This document shows positions 20,572 to 31,542 of a DNA stretch of 64,000 nucleotides, in pieces; the stretch's first letter is position 1; each line of letters begins with the position of its first letter. The position numbers and the translations under genes were made by a program. The DNA is from an uncultured archaeon (lineage in GTDB: Archaea; Asgardarchaeota; Lokiarchaeia; Sigyniarchaeales; SOKP01), in assembly GCA_964447495.1 (NCBI GenBank), contig CAYUTF010000001.1, positions 32,001-96,000 on the forward strand, given 5' to 3'. The notes beneath the pieces are model-generated. The model had not been told where the DNA came from and made no database searches. It worked only from the letters and a program-made list of their open reading frames with translations.

Positions 20572-21354
20572 TTAGTCTTTCATAACGTTTATTACGGTCT
20601 CAACAATTAAAGGAAACACGTCACCTATTTTATCATGGATTACCACTTCTGCGTACTTGTCAATATGTGTTTCTTGGATGTTGATTATGACTAATTTCGC
20701 TCCAACCGCTAATGCCTTATCTGGATATGACGCTACGGGATAAACTAGTAAAGAGCTTCCAAGAATAATTAGCAAATCGCAGTCATTAATCATTTGATCT
20801 GCTTTGATCAAGGTCTCTGAGAGTAAAGGTTCTCCAAAAAAGATTGCATTTGGCTTCAATAACCCATGGCATACTTCACATGATGGAGAATAATTGCCTT
20901 GCAAAACTTGATTTATCATTGAGGTTATGGGGTAAACTTTATGGCATCTCAAGCATTTCGATTCGTTAGCAGTTCCATGTAATTCAACTATATTCTTTGA
21001 ATGAGCTTTTTGGTGAATTCCATCAATATTTTGAGTGAGAATACCTTTTACTTTCCCCAGTTTCTGTAATTTTGTTATTGCTTTATGTCCCTTATTCGGT
21101 TTTGCACGAAATATATTCATACCCATTTCAAGCATAAATTTTAGGTTTTTAGAAGTATTTGCAATATAGGAATTCACGCTTCCGAATTCATAAGGGTCAA
21201 CTTTTTCCCACAAACCGGTACCGGGTGATCTAAAATCAGCAATCCCTGATTCGGTACTCATACCGGCCCCAGTTAATATCACTATAGCCTGTGATTTAAG
21301 TATTAATTCAGCAACTTTTTGGATTTTTTCATCTAACTCATTCATAATTCGCAA
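20572..21354 (-). CDS. cobB: NAD-dependent protein deacylase (Sir2 family)
   Basis: LTGAGMSTESGIADFRS, TQNIDGIH, ELHG, two CxxC, GSSLLVYP. Confidence 0.9.
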   Translation of the reverse strand: MRIMNELDEKIQKVAELILKSQAIVILTGAGMSTESGIADFRSPGTGLWEKVDPYEFGSVNSYIANTSKNLKFMLEMGMNIFRAKPNKGHKAITKLQKLGKVKGILTQNIDGIHQKAHSKNIVELHGTANESKCLRCHKVYPITSMINQVLQGNYSPSCEVCHGLLKPNAIFFGEPLLSETLIKADQMINDCDLLIILGSSLLVYPVASYPDKALAVGAKLVIINIQETHIDKYAEVVIHDKIGDVFPLIVETVINVMKD

Positions 21355-21477
21355 TTCTCTAAAATTATTATAGACTTGCTTAAAAAATAGAAAAAATATT
21401 TAATACTATTATTTTTATTTAGTGATTATAGTATAATAATATAATTCACTAAATTAATTCTTTAAATTCATAACACC

Positions 21478-22023
21478 ATGCAAGCATTAAAGTCCTATAT
21501 CTATAAGATCTGCGTCGTGGGCAACGGAGGTGTTGGGAAGACTTCTATGGTATTGAGGTATTGCGAAAATTCCTTTAAAGATAATTATATAATGACAATT
21601 GGGTCAAATTTCTCAACCAAGACAGTATACCTTCAGGATTACCCCCAGTTCCAGGTAAAACTTCAGATTTGGGACCTTGCGGGCCAAAAACATTTCAGTT
21701 TTGTACGACCTCCATTTTATAGGGGGGCTACGGGAATAATTTACGTATTTGATTTGACAAGAAGATCTTCTTTTGCAGATCTAAATGAATGGAAAAGCGA
21801 GGTTGAAAAAGTAGTTGGACAGAAGACCAGTCTCTTAGTGGGAAATAAAATCGATTTAGCAAGGATAGGGAAAAGAGAAGTGGCAAATCAAGATGGAGAG
21901 GCGTTTAAAAATGAACTTAATGCTAAGAAGTATTTCGAAACCAGTGCTAAAGAAGGAGATTCTGTAGAAGAGGTGTTTAAGCTACTCACTTTAGAAATTT
22001 TGAGACGTTCTGGAAAAATTTAG
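21478..22023 (+). CDS. Rab-like small GTPase (Ras superfamily)
   Basis: G1 GNGGVGKT, G2 YIMTIG, G3 WDLAGQ, FYRGA, G4 NKID, G5 ETSAK; no C-terminal Cys. Confidence 0.9.
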   Translation: MQALKSYIYKICVVGNGGVGKTSMVLRYCENSFKDNYIMTIGSNFSTKTVYLQDYPQFQVKLQIWDLAGQKHFSFVRPPFYRGATGIIYVFDLTRRSSFADLNEWKSEVEKVVGQKTSLLVGNKIDLARIGKREVANQDGEAFKNELNAKKYFETSAKEGDSVEEVFKLLTLEILRRSGKI

Positions 22024-22135
22024 GAATTAATTTGTTATAAACATTAAATTCTTATTTATTAATTAATTGTTAAATATTAATTATTTTAGAACTAAAAATG
22101 GATTATAGTAATTTTAGGAGTTTGAGAATTAAATT

Positions 22136-22858
22136 ATGATTGGTGGCGGACAAGTTAAATATGATAGAGCCCTTACTGTATTCTCTCCCGAGGGTCGCTT
22201 ATTCCAAGTAGAGTATGCTTTAGAAGCTGTTCGGCGAGGAACCTTAGCAGTTGCAGTAAAATCTAAAGATAGTGTAGCTCTTGCGGCGCAAATTAAAATT
22301 CCATCAAAATTAATGGATGCTGACGAAATTGATAAATTATTTCAAGTAGATGAGCATATTGGCGTAGCAATTTCTGGGTTACATGCCGATTCCCGAATGC
22401 TTATTAATTATGCGCGTGTGCAAGCTCAATCTTTCAGATTAACCTACGATGAGCCAGTTCGACTTAATATGTTGGTTAAGTCTATCGCCGATATTAAACA
22501 ACAATACACACAATTTGGCGGAATAAGACCTTTTGGTTGTGCTCTATTCTTTATTGCTATTGATCCTGCAGGAACACAGATTTATACTACATCACCAAGT
22601 GGAATATATCGTTCCTTTAAAAGCTATGCGTTAGGAAGTGGAGAGGCGAAAGCAAGAGAATATCTTAAAGAACATTACAAACCAGGATTGAGTTTTGCCG
22701 AAGTAGTAAATTTAACTCTTAACGCATTAAAAGAATCTATTGATGAAGAAGCAACAAAGGAAAATATTCGCTTAGCATACATTAAATCTGAAGATAAAAT
22801 GTTTCATATGTGCAATAAAGAAGAAATAGAACAATATTTAGCCAATTTAAATAAATAA
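22136..22858 (+). CDS. psmA: Proteasome alpha subunit
   Basis: YDRALTVFSPEGRLFQVEYA, YTQFGGIRPFG. Confidence 0.95.
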   Translation: MIGGGQVKYDRALTVFSPEGRLFQVEYALEAVRRGTLAVAVKSKDSVALAAQIKIPSKLMDADEIDKLFQVDEHIGVAISGLHADSRMLINYARVQAQSFRLTYDEPVRLNMLVKSIADIKQQYTQFGGIRPFGCALFFIAIDPAGTQIYTTSPSGIYRSFKSYALGSGEAKAREYLKEHYKPGLSFAEVVNLTLNALKESIDEEATKENIRLAYIKSEDKMFHMCNKEEIEQYLANLNK

Positions 22859-22937
22859 TTGTACTACTTATAGAATTTTCCTTTTTAAATTAGCCTTTTC
22901 TTCTAATACTTAAGATAAAAGAAAAATTAAAAAAAAA

Positions 22938-25900
22938 TTAAGTTAGAACTGTTAAGATACTTATACTTGATGTATATAAGACAAAACCATCGACGATTAA
23001 AGTCCATCTAAATCTTACAATTATATCTCCAACAGAAGACTCCAGTAACCCGTTTAATCCGATAATTTCCCCTGAATTTAAATCAATACTATCAATTAGT
23101 GTAAAGTTAACAGCGTAGTATTGGATTGAACCTTGCATAAATGTATAAGAGAAATTTGAGGTCGTATAAGCTGGTGGGACTTGGATGGAGAAATCAACGC
23201 CTGGAACTGCTGTATAAAGTGTTAAGTTGACTTGGATGTTTTGTATTGGTGGTGCGGAAAAGTTGGTGTTAAAGTTTTCTAAAAATATTCGAAAAGTTGC
23301 TGGATGAGACGGATAAGTCATTGAATCATCTAATTCGAAGTCGAATGAAATTGGTAACAGTATAATATTAACTGTTATATTGTTTGAATTCCTCGTACCA
23401 TATTTATTTTTTGCGATAACATAGAAATTATAAGTACCATCCGTCAAGTCAGTAATTTGGAAATTTCTTTGAGATACAGATAAATCCTCAGCAATTAATG
23501 TATTATTTTGATATACAGAATACGTATCTGCAAAATTAGATGCGGACCAATTTAAAATGAAGTTGCCATCAATATCAGGGTTTCCAGCATTAGAGAACAG
23601 TGAAAAAGTGCCTGGAGGAAAATTCTCTAAATCATAATATGCATCGTATGCATCAACGCCATACCCTACTTCCCTAGTAAAAGCTTCGACAAATCCGGCT
23701 AATTGTAATTCTTGTAGACCTTCCACATTACTATACGTAGGAATATAATAGTAAATTGAGCCCCCGAGAGGATAAATTAAGGTATTTCCATTCCGTCTAT
23801 CAATTACCGTAAAAAGTCGCTGACTAGCTTCAGATGTATATGTATCTCTTGCTGTTTTAGGTCCAATAAGTTTATCTTGTGAAGTTCGTGTGCTATAAAA
23901 TATAGCTTCTCCAAAGTGACTCCCATGTCTTACAAAATACATCCCAGCTAAAGTTCTTGCTTCTAATCCTTGATATTCAACTAAATCTAATCCAACATAT
24001 TCAATACCTTCTCCTAAATCTGTTTCAATATAGAATAAATCTCCATCTTCGGGTCTTTCTTGAAAATCATCAGCTCTTCTCCACGTTGTAGGATTATCTA
24101 CGTGATAAATATAATTTGCTTCAAGCTGTGTTTCGAATAAATCTTCGGGATATCTTAGTTGCTGCCTAAGCCAAGAGGGAGTGTCTTGCCAATCATACTT
24201 TTGTAGATACACTTGCCAAAGTAAATATGTAGGATCACTTAAAGTAGCAAGATTAGGGTTTTTGTAAAATTCCATTTCGCCAGTCAGCACATCAATTAGA
24301 GATATTCCAAGAAAGCGTAAAATAGGAAATCTCGCGTATGATCCAATCCTAAGTGAAGTATATATTGACACGGCATAATACATTTTCCCATTAAGACTAT
24401 CAAAAACGAGATAAGGGTCACTATCAATTGTCAATCCTGGAAGGAGTATTGCAGAAACTCTGTCTTTAACATTACGATTTATTAAATAATAATGTTCTTC
24501 TTGAAATACATACCCCCATAATCCAAAACTTGCAGTATACCAGAAGCTTTCTAAGCCAGTAAGCATTCCGTCAGGTTCTCCAGTATAGTTATATTTATTA
24601 TTTGGTATTGCATTACCCCATTCAGTACCAAGGAGTATACCATTATCATACGCACCTAAACTACTATATTCACCTTGTTGCTCTAAAAATCGTCGACTTT
24701 CAGATTCACCGAAAAATATAGGATAATTCTCGGAGACTCCAAAAATTTCTGATACATTGACTAATTTTCCTGATGAAGAATTTAATGCTAAAAATCCTTC
24801 AACATGATCATATAATTGAGTATGAGTAGCCACAGAATCTCCTTCGAATTGTGAGAGTCTCACTGTTTTTGGGGCGACCCAATATTCTCCTCCATTGAAG
24901 TAGACAATATCGGAATCTGCGAGACCTTCAAAGGTAGTTCCTATTTTTGCCGCGATGAATTGAACCGCATAATCTTGATCGTACTGACGAATTTGATGAA
25001 GTATGTCAGCATCAGAAGTATTAGATGTTAACTTAGATAACGTAAAATTCTCAATAGGTCTATCCTCAAACATATCTAAACCCGCGCAATCTGAAGTCCA
25101 TTGGACTTCTCTTAGATTTTTTCTGGTCCACTGTTGATCAATCCATACATCAGTTTTATTAAGGTTAATATAGGAGCCAATACTGATAAATAATGGAATT
25201 ATAACTAAAATTGTTAACACTACTCCAATGAACCCCAATTTTTTCCATTTATCCCTTTTAATCATATATTTACCTGAATCTTTCGAATAGATTAATCTAC
25301 CAAAAATGTATACGAAAGCACCTACTGCGATTAAACCAATGAATCCAAATATTAGTGACCAGCTTTGAGTGATGCTTATACCATCTAAAGATAGGGTTGG
25401 CAAGCCAAAGAATCCAATTCCCAATAACAATCCAATTATGATTATAATGTTAGATAAAACATAATAGTCATTTCTTCTTAGGTAAAAATTTTTCGCAATA
25501 TTTAGTACTGCACGAAAAATTAATACCATGAGAATAAAATTTATAATTGGTATGATTAAATTGCTATAGATAAAAATTGTCGTAAAATCTTTACTCGTAG
25601 GGTTGAATAGGACATTAAAAGCATCTGTAAGGATAGTGGGGGATATTTGTAATTCTCCATTTTCAAGTAAATAAATTACCCATGAAAAACCTTGATTATT
25701 GGAATCTAATAAAAATCCAAATAAATAGAAAACTACGAATCCTATTGTCCACCAAAATATTATTGATTTTAAATAAGAAGGTTTTCCAAACCTTAATTTT
25801 GTACCGATAATACTCAGCAGGATTTTATCTGGAGGTAGACTCATAATTGTACTTCCAATTAAAGCTCCAATTAATGCAGTCTTATTAAAGAAGAATTTCG

Positions 25901-26135
25901 TCGACCAAAAGTTAAGAAGATAAATATCCACGAAATTTGTATCTGCTTTATTTTGATATAATTGTATTTGAAGGTTTATAGGTCCAAACCATGAAGGTAT
26001 CAACCAAACAAAGATAAGGATAAGAGCAATTATGATAATTGGAACGGAATAAAGTAGATATTTTCTCAAATGTGGTTTCTTTTTTAATGGTTTGTAATCA
26101 AATCTTCCATCTTTTCTATTAATATTGTTTACCAT
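22938..26135 (-). CDS. UPF0182-family membrane protein with C-terminal FnIII/Ig-like extension
   Basis: N-terminal TM bundle; DSDPYLV, LRYPEDLFETQ, YHVD.P motifs; LNWSAS...YNFYVIAKNKYG is FnIII-like. Confidence 0.75.
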   Translation of the reverse strand: MVNNINRKDGRFDYKPLKKKPHLRKYLLYSVPIIIIALILIFVWLIPSWFGPINLQIQLYQNKADTNFVDIYLLNFWSTKFFFNKTALIGALIGSTIMSLPPDKILLSIIGTKLRFGKPSYLKSIIFWWTIGFVVFYLFGFLLDSNNQGFSWVIYLLENGELQISPTILTDAFNVLFNPTSKDFTTIFIYSNLIIPIINFILMVLIFRAVLNIAKNFYLRRNDYYVLSNIIIIIGLLLGIGFFGLPTLSLDGISITQSWSLIFGFIGLIAVGAFVYIFGRLIYSKDSGKYMIKRDKWKKLGFIGVVLTILVIIPLFISIGSYINLNKTDVWIDQQWTRKNLREVQWTSDCAGLDMFEDRPIENFTLSKLTSNTSDADILHQIRQYDQDYAVQFIAAKIGTTFEGLADSDIVYFNGGEYWVAPKTVRLSQFEGDSVATHTQLYDHVEGFLALNSSSGKLVNVSEIFGVSENYPIFFGESESRRFLEQQGEYSSLGAYDNGILLGTEWGNAIPNNKYNYTGEPDGMLTGLESFWYTASFGLWGYVFQEEHYYLINRNVKDRVSAILLPGLTIDSDPYLVFDSLNGKMYYAVSIYTSLRIGSYARFPILRFLGISLIDVLTGEMEFYKNPNLATLSDPTYLLWQVYLQKYDWQDTPSWLRQQLRYPEDLFETQLEANYIYHVDNPTTWRRADDFQERPEDGDLFYIETDLGEGIEYVGLDLVEYQGLEARTLAGMYFVRHGSHFGEAIFYSTRTSQDKLIGPKTARDTYTSEASQRLFTVIDRRNGNTLIYPLGGSIYYYIPTYSNVEGLQELQLAGFVEAFTREVGYGVDAYDAYYDLENFPPGTFSLFSNAGNPDIDGNFILNWSASNFADTYSVYQNNTLIAEDLSVSQRNFQITDLTDGTYNFYVIAKNKYGTRNSNNITVNIILLPISFDFELDDSMTYPSHPATFRIFLENFNTNFSAPPIQNIQVNLTLYTAVPGVDFSIQVPPAYTTSNFSYTFMQGSIQYYAVNFTLIDSIDLNSGEIIGLNGLLESSVGDIIVRFRWTLIVDGFVLYTSSISILTVLT

Positions 26136-26289
26136 AGAAATTCAATTATTTATTTTATTTTTTATACTTAAAATTAAAAATATTAACTAACATTAGATTC
26201 TATAATGATTAGAAAATTATAAAATGCTTTAATATTAGAAACAACTACCCTTATTAAGGATTTTTCTTATATTATTAACGTGAATTAAT

Positions 26290-26682
26290 ATGGCTAAAAA
26301 AAAGAAAATCAGAGAGGAATTTGATACTATTTTCAAAAGTGGTAATGAAAAAGCCATTAAGAAGATGTTAGATAAATACCCTTGGTTATTATCAGAAGTA
26401 TCAAGTGAAATGGAAAAAGATATGGGAGAACAACAAAAAGTTATCGCAGCTTTAGGAGTTATGGAAGATGAACTTGGTGGAACTGTTCCTGTTGATGAAG
26501 TAGTATTTAGTTTAAAAGTAGACTTTAATGCTCGCCTTACTGAGGAGGAAGTATTGAAAGTTTTAAAGGATGTAGAAGAATTAGGTTTAGCAAAAAGGGA
26601 TGAAGACGGTTGGATTTTAACTCGTGAGGGGGGTAAGATTTGTGATGATTATTTAAATAAAAATTTAGAAAATTATTCTTAA
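26290..26682 (+). CDS. Hypothetical protein with probable C-terminal winged helix
   Basis: ...VLKVLKDVEELGLAKRDEDGWILTREGGKI resembles a wHTH wing. Confidence 0.6.
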   Translation: MAKKKKIREEFDTIFKSGNEKAIKKMLDKYPWLLSEVSSEMEKDMGEQQKVIAALGVMEDELGGTVPVDEVVFSLKVDFNARLTEEEVLKVLKDVEELGLAKRDEDGWILTREGGKICDDYLNKNLENYS

Positions 26683-26822
26683 TACAGAAAAGAGGGCTGT
26701 ATTTTAAAATTTTAACTTACTCATATTACATTCAATTTACGTAGTATTTTTTGAAAATTATATTTATTATGATATTTAGTTTAGAGCATATTTTTTTGTA
26801 TTTTGATATTTTAAAATAATTC

Positions 26823-29800
26823 GTGATAATTGTGGATGGAAAAAACAACAAAGAAGAAGAAAATAACAATAACGATAATTATGAATCAGATTTAACAAAA
26901 GATGCTTTTTTCTCAGATATGGAAAATATAGAAGAGGAGATTGCTTCAGAAGCTTATAGTATTGTTGAACACGCGTTAACTCTGATCCAATCTGGTTATT
27001 TTGATGATGCCATAGAAGTATTACGACAGGCTATCGGTTTATATGAGCAAATTAAGAAAGAGGCGGAAATAAATGCTTTAAGAGCAAAAATAGCTGATGT
27101 ATATATAATGAAAGAGAGCTCATTTAAACAGGAAGAAAGTGAAAAAATTCTAGAATCGTCTATTGAAGTATTAGATGCAAGTTCTCCTAAAGAGATGATA
27201 AAGAAGGATATTAATATATCAAACTTATTAATGGAAGCAAGCAAATTAATAGATTCAAATCAATTTGATGATGCATTAGATATATACGATGAGATTATTC
27301 TTTTCCTTCAACAAATGAATCATGATTCCCAAATAGTGGATATTAATAATTTAATTGAAGAATGCTATAATAAAAAAGCTCAATTTTTGCGTCAAAAGAA
27401 TAAAATTGAAAGTATCGAGAAAATTATAGAACCTAGTAATATTGGAGGAGAGCTCTCAGAAGAAGCAATAAAAGCTCATAAACTTAAAGCGTATGAAGAA
27501 GCTAAACAGCGAGAAGAAAAGATATCCAATGAAGCTTATGATATAATCGGTAAGGCTTCAGATCTAGCAAAACTTCATCAATATGATGGCGCTATAAATT
27601 TATATAACAATGGAGCTTCATTGTTTGATGAAATCGGTTGGGTAAATGAGAGTAAAAAAATCCGTGATACGATCTTATTTTTACAGAATGAAAGAGAGAA
27701 ATATCTTCAAGAAATTGAAAGGATAAAAGCTCAGGAAAAAAAAAAAGAAATGCTCAAAAAACAAAAGGCAGCAAAATTAATAGACAGTCCAAGGGTTCAA
27801 GAAGATCAAATTATTGCGTCTCAAGCAGAAAGAATAGCCCAGATTGCAACGAAAAAACAAGAAGAGGAATTTTTTCAGAAGAAAATCTCTGAGATGATAG
27901 ATGAAGCTGAAAAGTTAGCACGTGATTATGACGTGAGTATGAAAAAAGCCATAAAAAAAGGAGAGCTCTTAGAAGAATGTATCTATCCAAGAGTCATTCA
28001 TATATATGAAGAAATTAGAGATAAAGTAAATGAAAAGGGTTGGAAAAATCAAGTAGCAATATATACTGATCAAATCAAAAAGTTTACAGATTTATTGGCT
28101 AAAGATTTAAAAATTCGACAAATTGAGGCAGAAAAAATACAAAAACAAAAAGAATATGAAGAATCACATAAAATTAAGGTTCCAGAGCTATTGGATACTC
28201 AACAAGTGAAACATACACAAGAGTTAAGAATGAATGAGCAAGAAGACATCGAATATAAAAATCAAATTGAATTTATGGCTAGTCGGGCTGAAAAACTAGC
28301 GCGCGATTATGATTCAAAATTTAAAAAAGCAATTAAAGAAGGAAATTTGACACTTGAATCTAAGTATCCAGATATCATCAATATTTATTCGCGAATCATA
28401 GAAATGGCTAAGCAAAAGGGTTGGAGTGAAGATGTTGCTATATATAATACTCAAATAAGGAAATATAAAGAATTGTATGAAAAAGAAAACAAAGTAAGGA
28501 AATTAGAGTTACAAAAATTGAAAGAGAAAAGAGCCTTCGAGGAATCTTATAAATTACAGATGAGAAAAGATAATGAAAGAGAAGATATTGATAAATTAAA
28601 AGAAATACAAGCGAAAACTGAGCAAGAAGATCTGGAAGTAGTATTAGAACAGGAAATCGACAAGATGGTTAATGCAGCTGAAAAAATGGCTCGTGAATAT
28701 GAAGTTGCTATAAAAAGGGGGAATTTTGATTTAGAATGTCCATATTCAAAAATAGTTGATATTTATAAAGAAATAAGACAAAAAGTATATGCTCGGGGTT
28801 GGCAAGGGGAAGCAGAATTATATGCTAACCAGATTAGAATATATCAAGAAAAAAATCATAATGATATCAAATTACGTAATTTAGAAGAAGAAAAGCGCAA
28901 TAAACAATTGTTATATAAGAAGGCTATGAAAGCGCCGCAAACTGATGAACCTTCAAAATATATTGAATTAAAGGCAGCAGAAGAAAAGGTTGACCAAACC
29001 GAATTGATCTTCAATCAAGCTATGGATATAATTAATAAAACTGAAAATGAAGTAAAAAGCTATGAATTAAGCCTTAAAAAAGAAATATTAAATATACATA
29101 GTCCATATGATAAAGCAATCAAAAATTATGAAGAAGCAAAAAAATTATTGCTTCAGATTGGATGGAAAGATGAAGCACTAAAACTAAATAATACAATTAG
29201 TTTATATCAGCAAAAAAAGGCGAGAGACGATAATCTAAGAGATATGGAATTAGAAAAGAAAAGGAAAGAAGCCTCTATAACAGAAAAACCTAAAGAATTT
29301 ATAAAAGAACCATTCTTTGAAGAAGAAGAAAAAAGAATTGAATTAGAAAAATTAAAAAAACAAAAATCAATAGAAGCAGATTTTATATTTGAATTGATTA
29401 ATCGCGCGGAAAAAATGGCTCAAGAGTATGATCTGAGAAAAAAAGAGGATTTACTAAATATAAAATCTCCTTATCATGAGATCATCAACACTTATAAAGT
29501 CGCAAAACAAAAGTTTGAAGAGATTGGATGGACTGAACAAGCATCTCAACTTATCAATACTATTGAACATTATAAGGAAAAGATGATTACAGATGAAAGA
29601 TTGAGAGCATTAGAGCAGGAAAGAATTAGAAAAGAAGAAGAAGACTTACATAAGATGAAAATTGAATCTAAACTTGCGAGAGACGCTGAAGCGGAGTTAC
29701 TAAAACAAAAAGTTAAAGCCCTTGAAATTAAAAAGAAGCAACAATTAGAATATGAAGGAAAAAAGGAACAAGCATTTAATTTTATGGATCTAGCTAAAAA

Positions 29801-30953
29801 GGAATTATCACAAAAAAATTTTGAAAAAGCGATTAACTTTTATAAAGAAAGTGAAAAAATTTTTACAGAAATTAATTGGCCAGAAGGTAGAAGAATGATA
29901 GGTGAATCAGTCAATATAATTAAGAAGAAGAAAGAGAAATACGAGCAAGAACAGAAATATCTAGTAGAACGAGAAGTAGAAAGAAAAAGAATTGAATCTG
30001 AAATAAAACAACAAATATCAAAAGCTCAAGATTTAAAAAAGATGCAAGAGGAACAAAGAAAGCAGGAATTTTTAGAATTACAAAAAGAGAAAGAAAAAGA
30101 AAGAGAGATTTCAGACCAAGCTTATAAATTATTAGGCGAGGGAACAAAATTAAAAGATAAAAAGAAGTTTGAAGCCGCATATGAGAAATATATTATGGGA
30201 AGGAATCTATTTGAAAAACTTGAGTGGCAGCATGAGGTAAGTCGAATTAATAATGATTTACTTTTCATACTTAAAAAAGAGATGAAGCAAACTGAAAAAA
30301 TCAAGGCAATGCAGGAAAAAAAAGTAGAAGAACAAAAAGAGTTAGAGGTATTATTGAAAGAGGCGGATATAAAACAGCAAGAGCTTGAAAAGGTTAGAAA
30401 AGAAGAAAAAAGAAAACAACGTGAAAAGATCATTCAGGAAGAGATGGAGGAAACAAATTTAATTATAAAAGATCTTAAGTATAACGAAGCTATTTTGAAA
30501 TTAAAACGAGTTATTAGGAAATTAGAAAAAATTGGAAATGAAAAATTAATTAAACAAATAAAAAGTAAGATAAAAATCTTGGAAAATGCCAGCCAAGTTC
30601 CCTTAATAACAATTGAAGATCTGGAGAAAAGTGAATACATTGAAAAGTATAAATTAGCCTTTAAAGCATTAGATAAGGCACAGCTTTCTTTATCAAAAAA
30701 TCTTTTTATGAGAGCTATTTCAGAGTTAAATGAAGCTATTTTCAACCTTGAAGAAACTAAACTTGGAGATAAATATATTCCACTCCTCAATGAAAAAATT
30801 GATGCTTATAAAAAAGAGCTCGGCATAGTAGAAAGTAGTAAACCTGAAGTAAAAGAAAAATTGCCTAAAACTGATACTGATGATTTGAGAGCGAGAATTG
30901 CTGCAAGAAGAGCAGAAAGAAGAAAAAAAATTAGGGATTTGATGGAGGAATAA
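26823..30953 (+). CDS. Large alpha-helical repeat/coiled-coil protein (1376 aa), TPR/SNAP-like hairpins
   Basis: Recurrent AEK.AR.Y...Y..I..IY...GW...I..Y units separated by E/K-rich coiled coils. Confidence 0.75.
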   Translation: MIIVDGKNNKEEENNNNDNYESDLTKDAFFSDMENIEEEIASEAYSIVEHALTLIQSGYFDDAIEVLRQAIGLYEQIKKEAEINALRAKIADVYIMKESSFKQEESEKILESSIEVLDASSPKEMIKKDINISNLLMEASKLIDSNQFDDALDIYDEIILFLQQMNHDSQIVDINNLIEECYNKKAQFLRQKNKIESIEKIIEPSNIGGELSEEAIKAHKLKAYEEAKQREEKISNEAYDIIGKASDLAKLHQYDGAINLYNNGASLFDEIGWVNESKKIRDTILFLQNEREKYLQEIERIKAQEKKKEMLKKQKAAKLIDSPRVQEDQIIASQAERIAQIATKKQEEEFFQKKISEMIDEAEKLARDYDVSMKKAIKKGELLEECIYPRVIHIYEEIRDKVNEKGWKNQVAIYTDQIKKFTDLLAKDLKIRQIEAEKIQKQKEYEESHKIKVPELLDTQQVKHTQELRMNEQEDIEYKNQIEFMASRAEKLARDYDSKFKKAIKEGNLTLESKYPDIINIYSRIIEMAKQKGWSEDVAIYNTQIRKYKELYEKENKVRKLELQKLKEKRAFEESYKLQMRKDNEREDIDKLKEIQAKTEQEDLEVVLEQEIDKMVNAAEKMAREYEVAIKRGNFDLECPYSKIVDIYKEIRQKVYARGWQGEAELYANQIRIYQEKNHNDIKLRNLEEEKRNKQLLYKKAMKAPQTDEPSKYIELKAAEEKVDQTELIFNQAMDIINKTENEVKSYELSLKKEILNIHSPYDKAIKNYEEAKKLLLQIGWKDEALKLNNTISLYQQKKARDDNLRDMELEKKRKEASITEKPKEFIKEPFFEEEEKRIELEKLKKQKSIEADFIFELINRAEKMAQEYDLRKKEDLLNIKSPYHEIINTYKVAKQKFEEIGWTEQASQLINTIEHYKEKMITDERLRALEQERIRKEEEDLHKMKIESKLARDAEAELLKQKVKALEIKKKQQLEYEGKKEQAFNFMDLAKKELSQKNFEKAINFYKESEKIFTEINWPEGRRMIGESVNIIKKKKEKYEQEQKYLVEREVERKRIESEIKQQISKAQDLKKMQEEQRKQEFLELQKEKEKEREISDQAYKLLGEGTKLKDKKKFEAAYEKYIMGRNLFEKLEWQHEVSRINNDLLFILKKEMKQTEKIKAMQEKKVEEQKELEVLLKEADIKQQELEKVRKEEKRKQREKIIQEEMEETNLIIKDLKYNEAILKLKRVIRKLEKIGNEKLIKQIKSKIKILENASQVPLITIEDLEKSEYIEKYKLAFKALDKAQLSLSKNLFMRAISELNEAIFNLEETKLGDKYIPLLNEKIDAYKKELGIVESSKPEVKEKLPKTDTDDLRARIAARRAERRKKIRDLMEE

Positions 30954-31005
30954 AGGTTCTGCTGTTTAGCAAAAAAAAAGATTAAAAAATAAAAAAAATA
31001 GAAGG

Positions 31006-31224
31006 TTATATTAATTCTTCAATCTCAGTTGAAATTTCGGATTCAATTATACTTGGATTTAAATTCCTTTTAACTGATTCTTCAATTAAATATTCTGTTT
31101 TTATGAGATCTCTTATTCCTACTCTTATAGCTTCACTTCTGTTTGGAAATTTCCCTTCTGCAACCAAAATTTCTAAAACTTTTAAATAGGATTCAGGTAA
31201 ATTAACTGAAATAAGTTTCATCAT
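31006..31224 (-). CDS. Ribbon-helix-helix transcription regulator (CopG/Arc/MetJ; CdrS-like)
   Basis: MKLISVNLP...LVAEGKFPNRSEAIRVGIRDLI; start at MM (31224) preferred. Confidence 0.85.
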   Translation of the reverse strand: MMKLISVNLPESYLKVLEILVAEGKFPNRSEAIRVGIRDLIKTEYLIEESVKRNLNPSIIESEISTEIEELI

Positions 31225-31542
31225 ACAAAGCTCCAAATATTTTATAATCATATTATGAAGGTATATATTAACATATAACAGAGGTGATATTTAAAGATTT
31301 CAATGGAAAATGACCCCAAGTATTACGACAAAAGTGATGAAAGAATCTATTTTAAATATATACAAGATTTTGTCAAAGATTTTCTAATTTCAGTTAAAAT
31401 TCAATTAAAGAAATTAGCCTACTTCCCTTTTTTACTTCTTTTTTCTAAAAAAATATAGAAAAATATTTATATATGGTATTATATGTAACACATAATATAT
31501 AATATAATATGTAAAATTTACAAAGTTGGAGAATGATATAGT

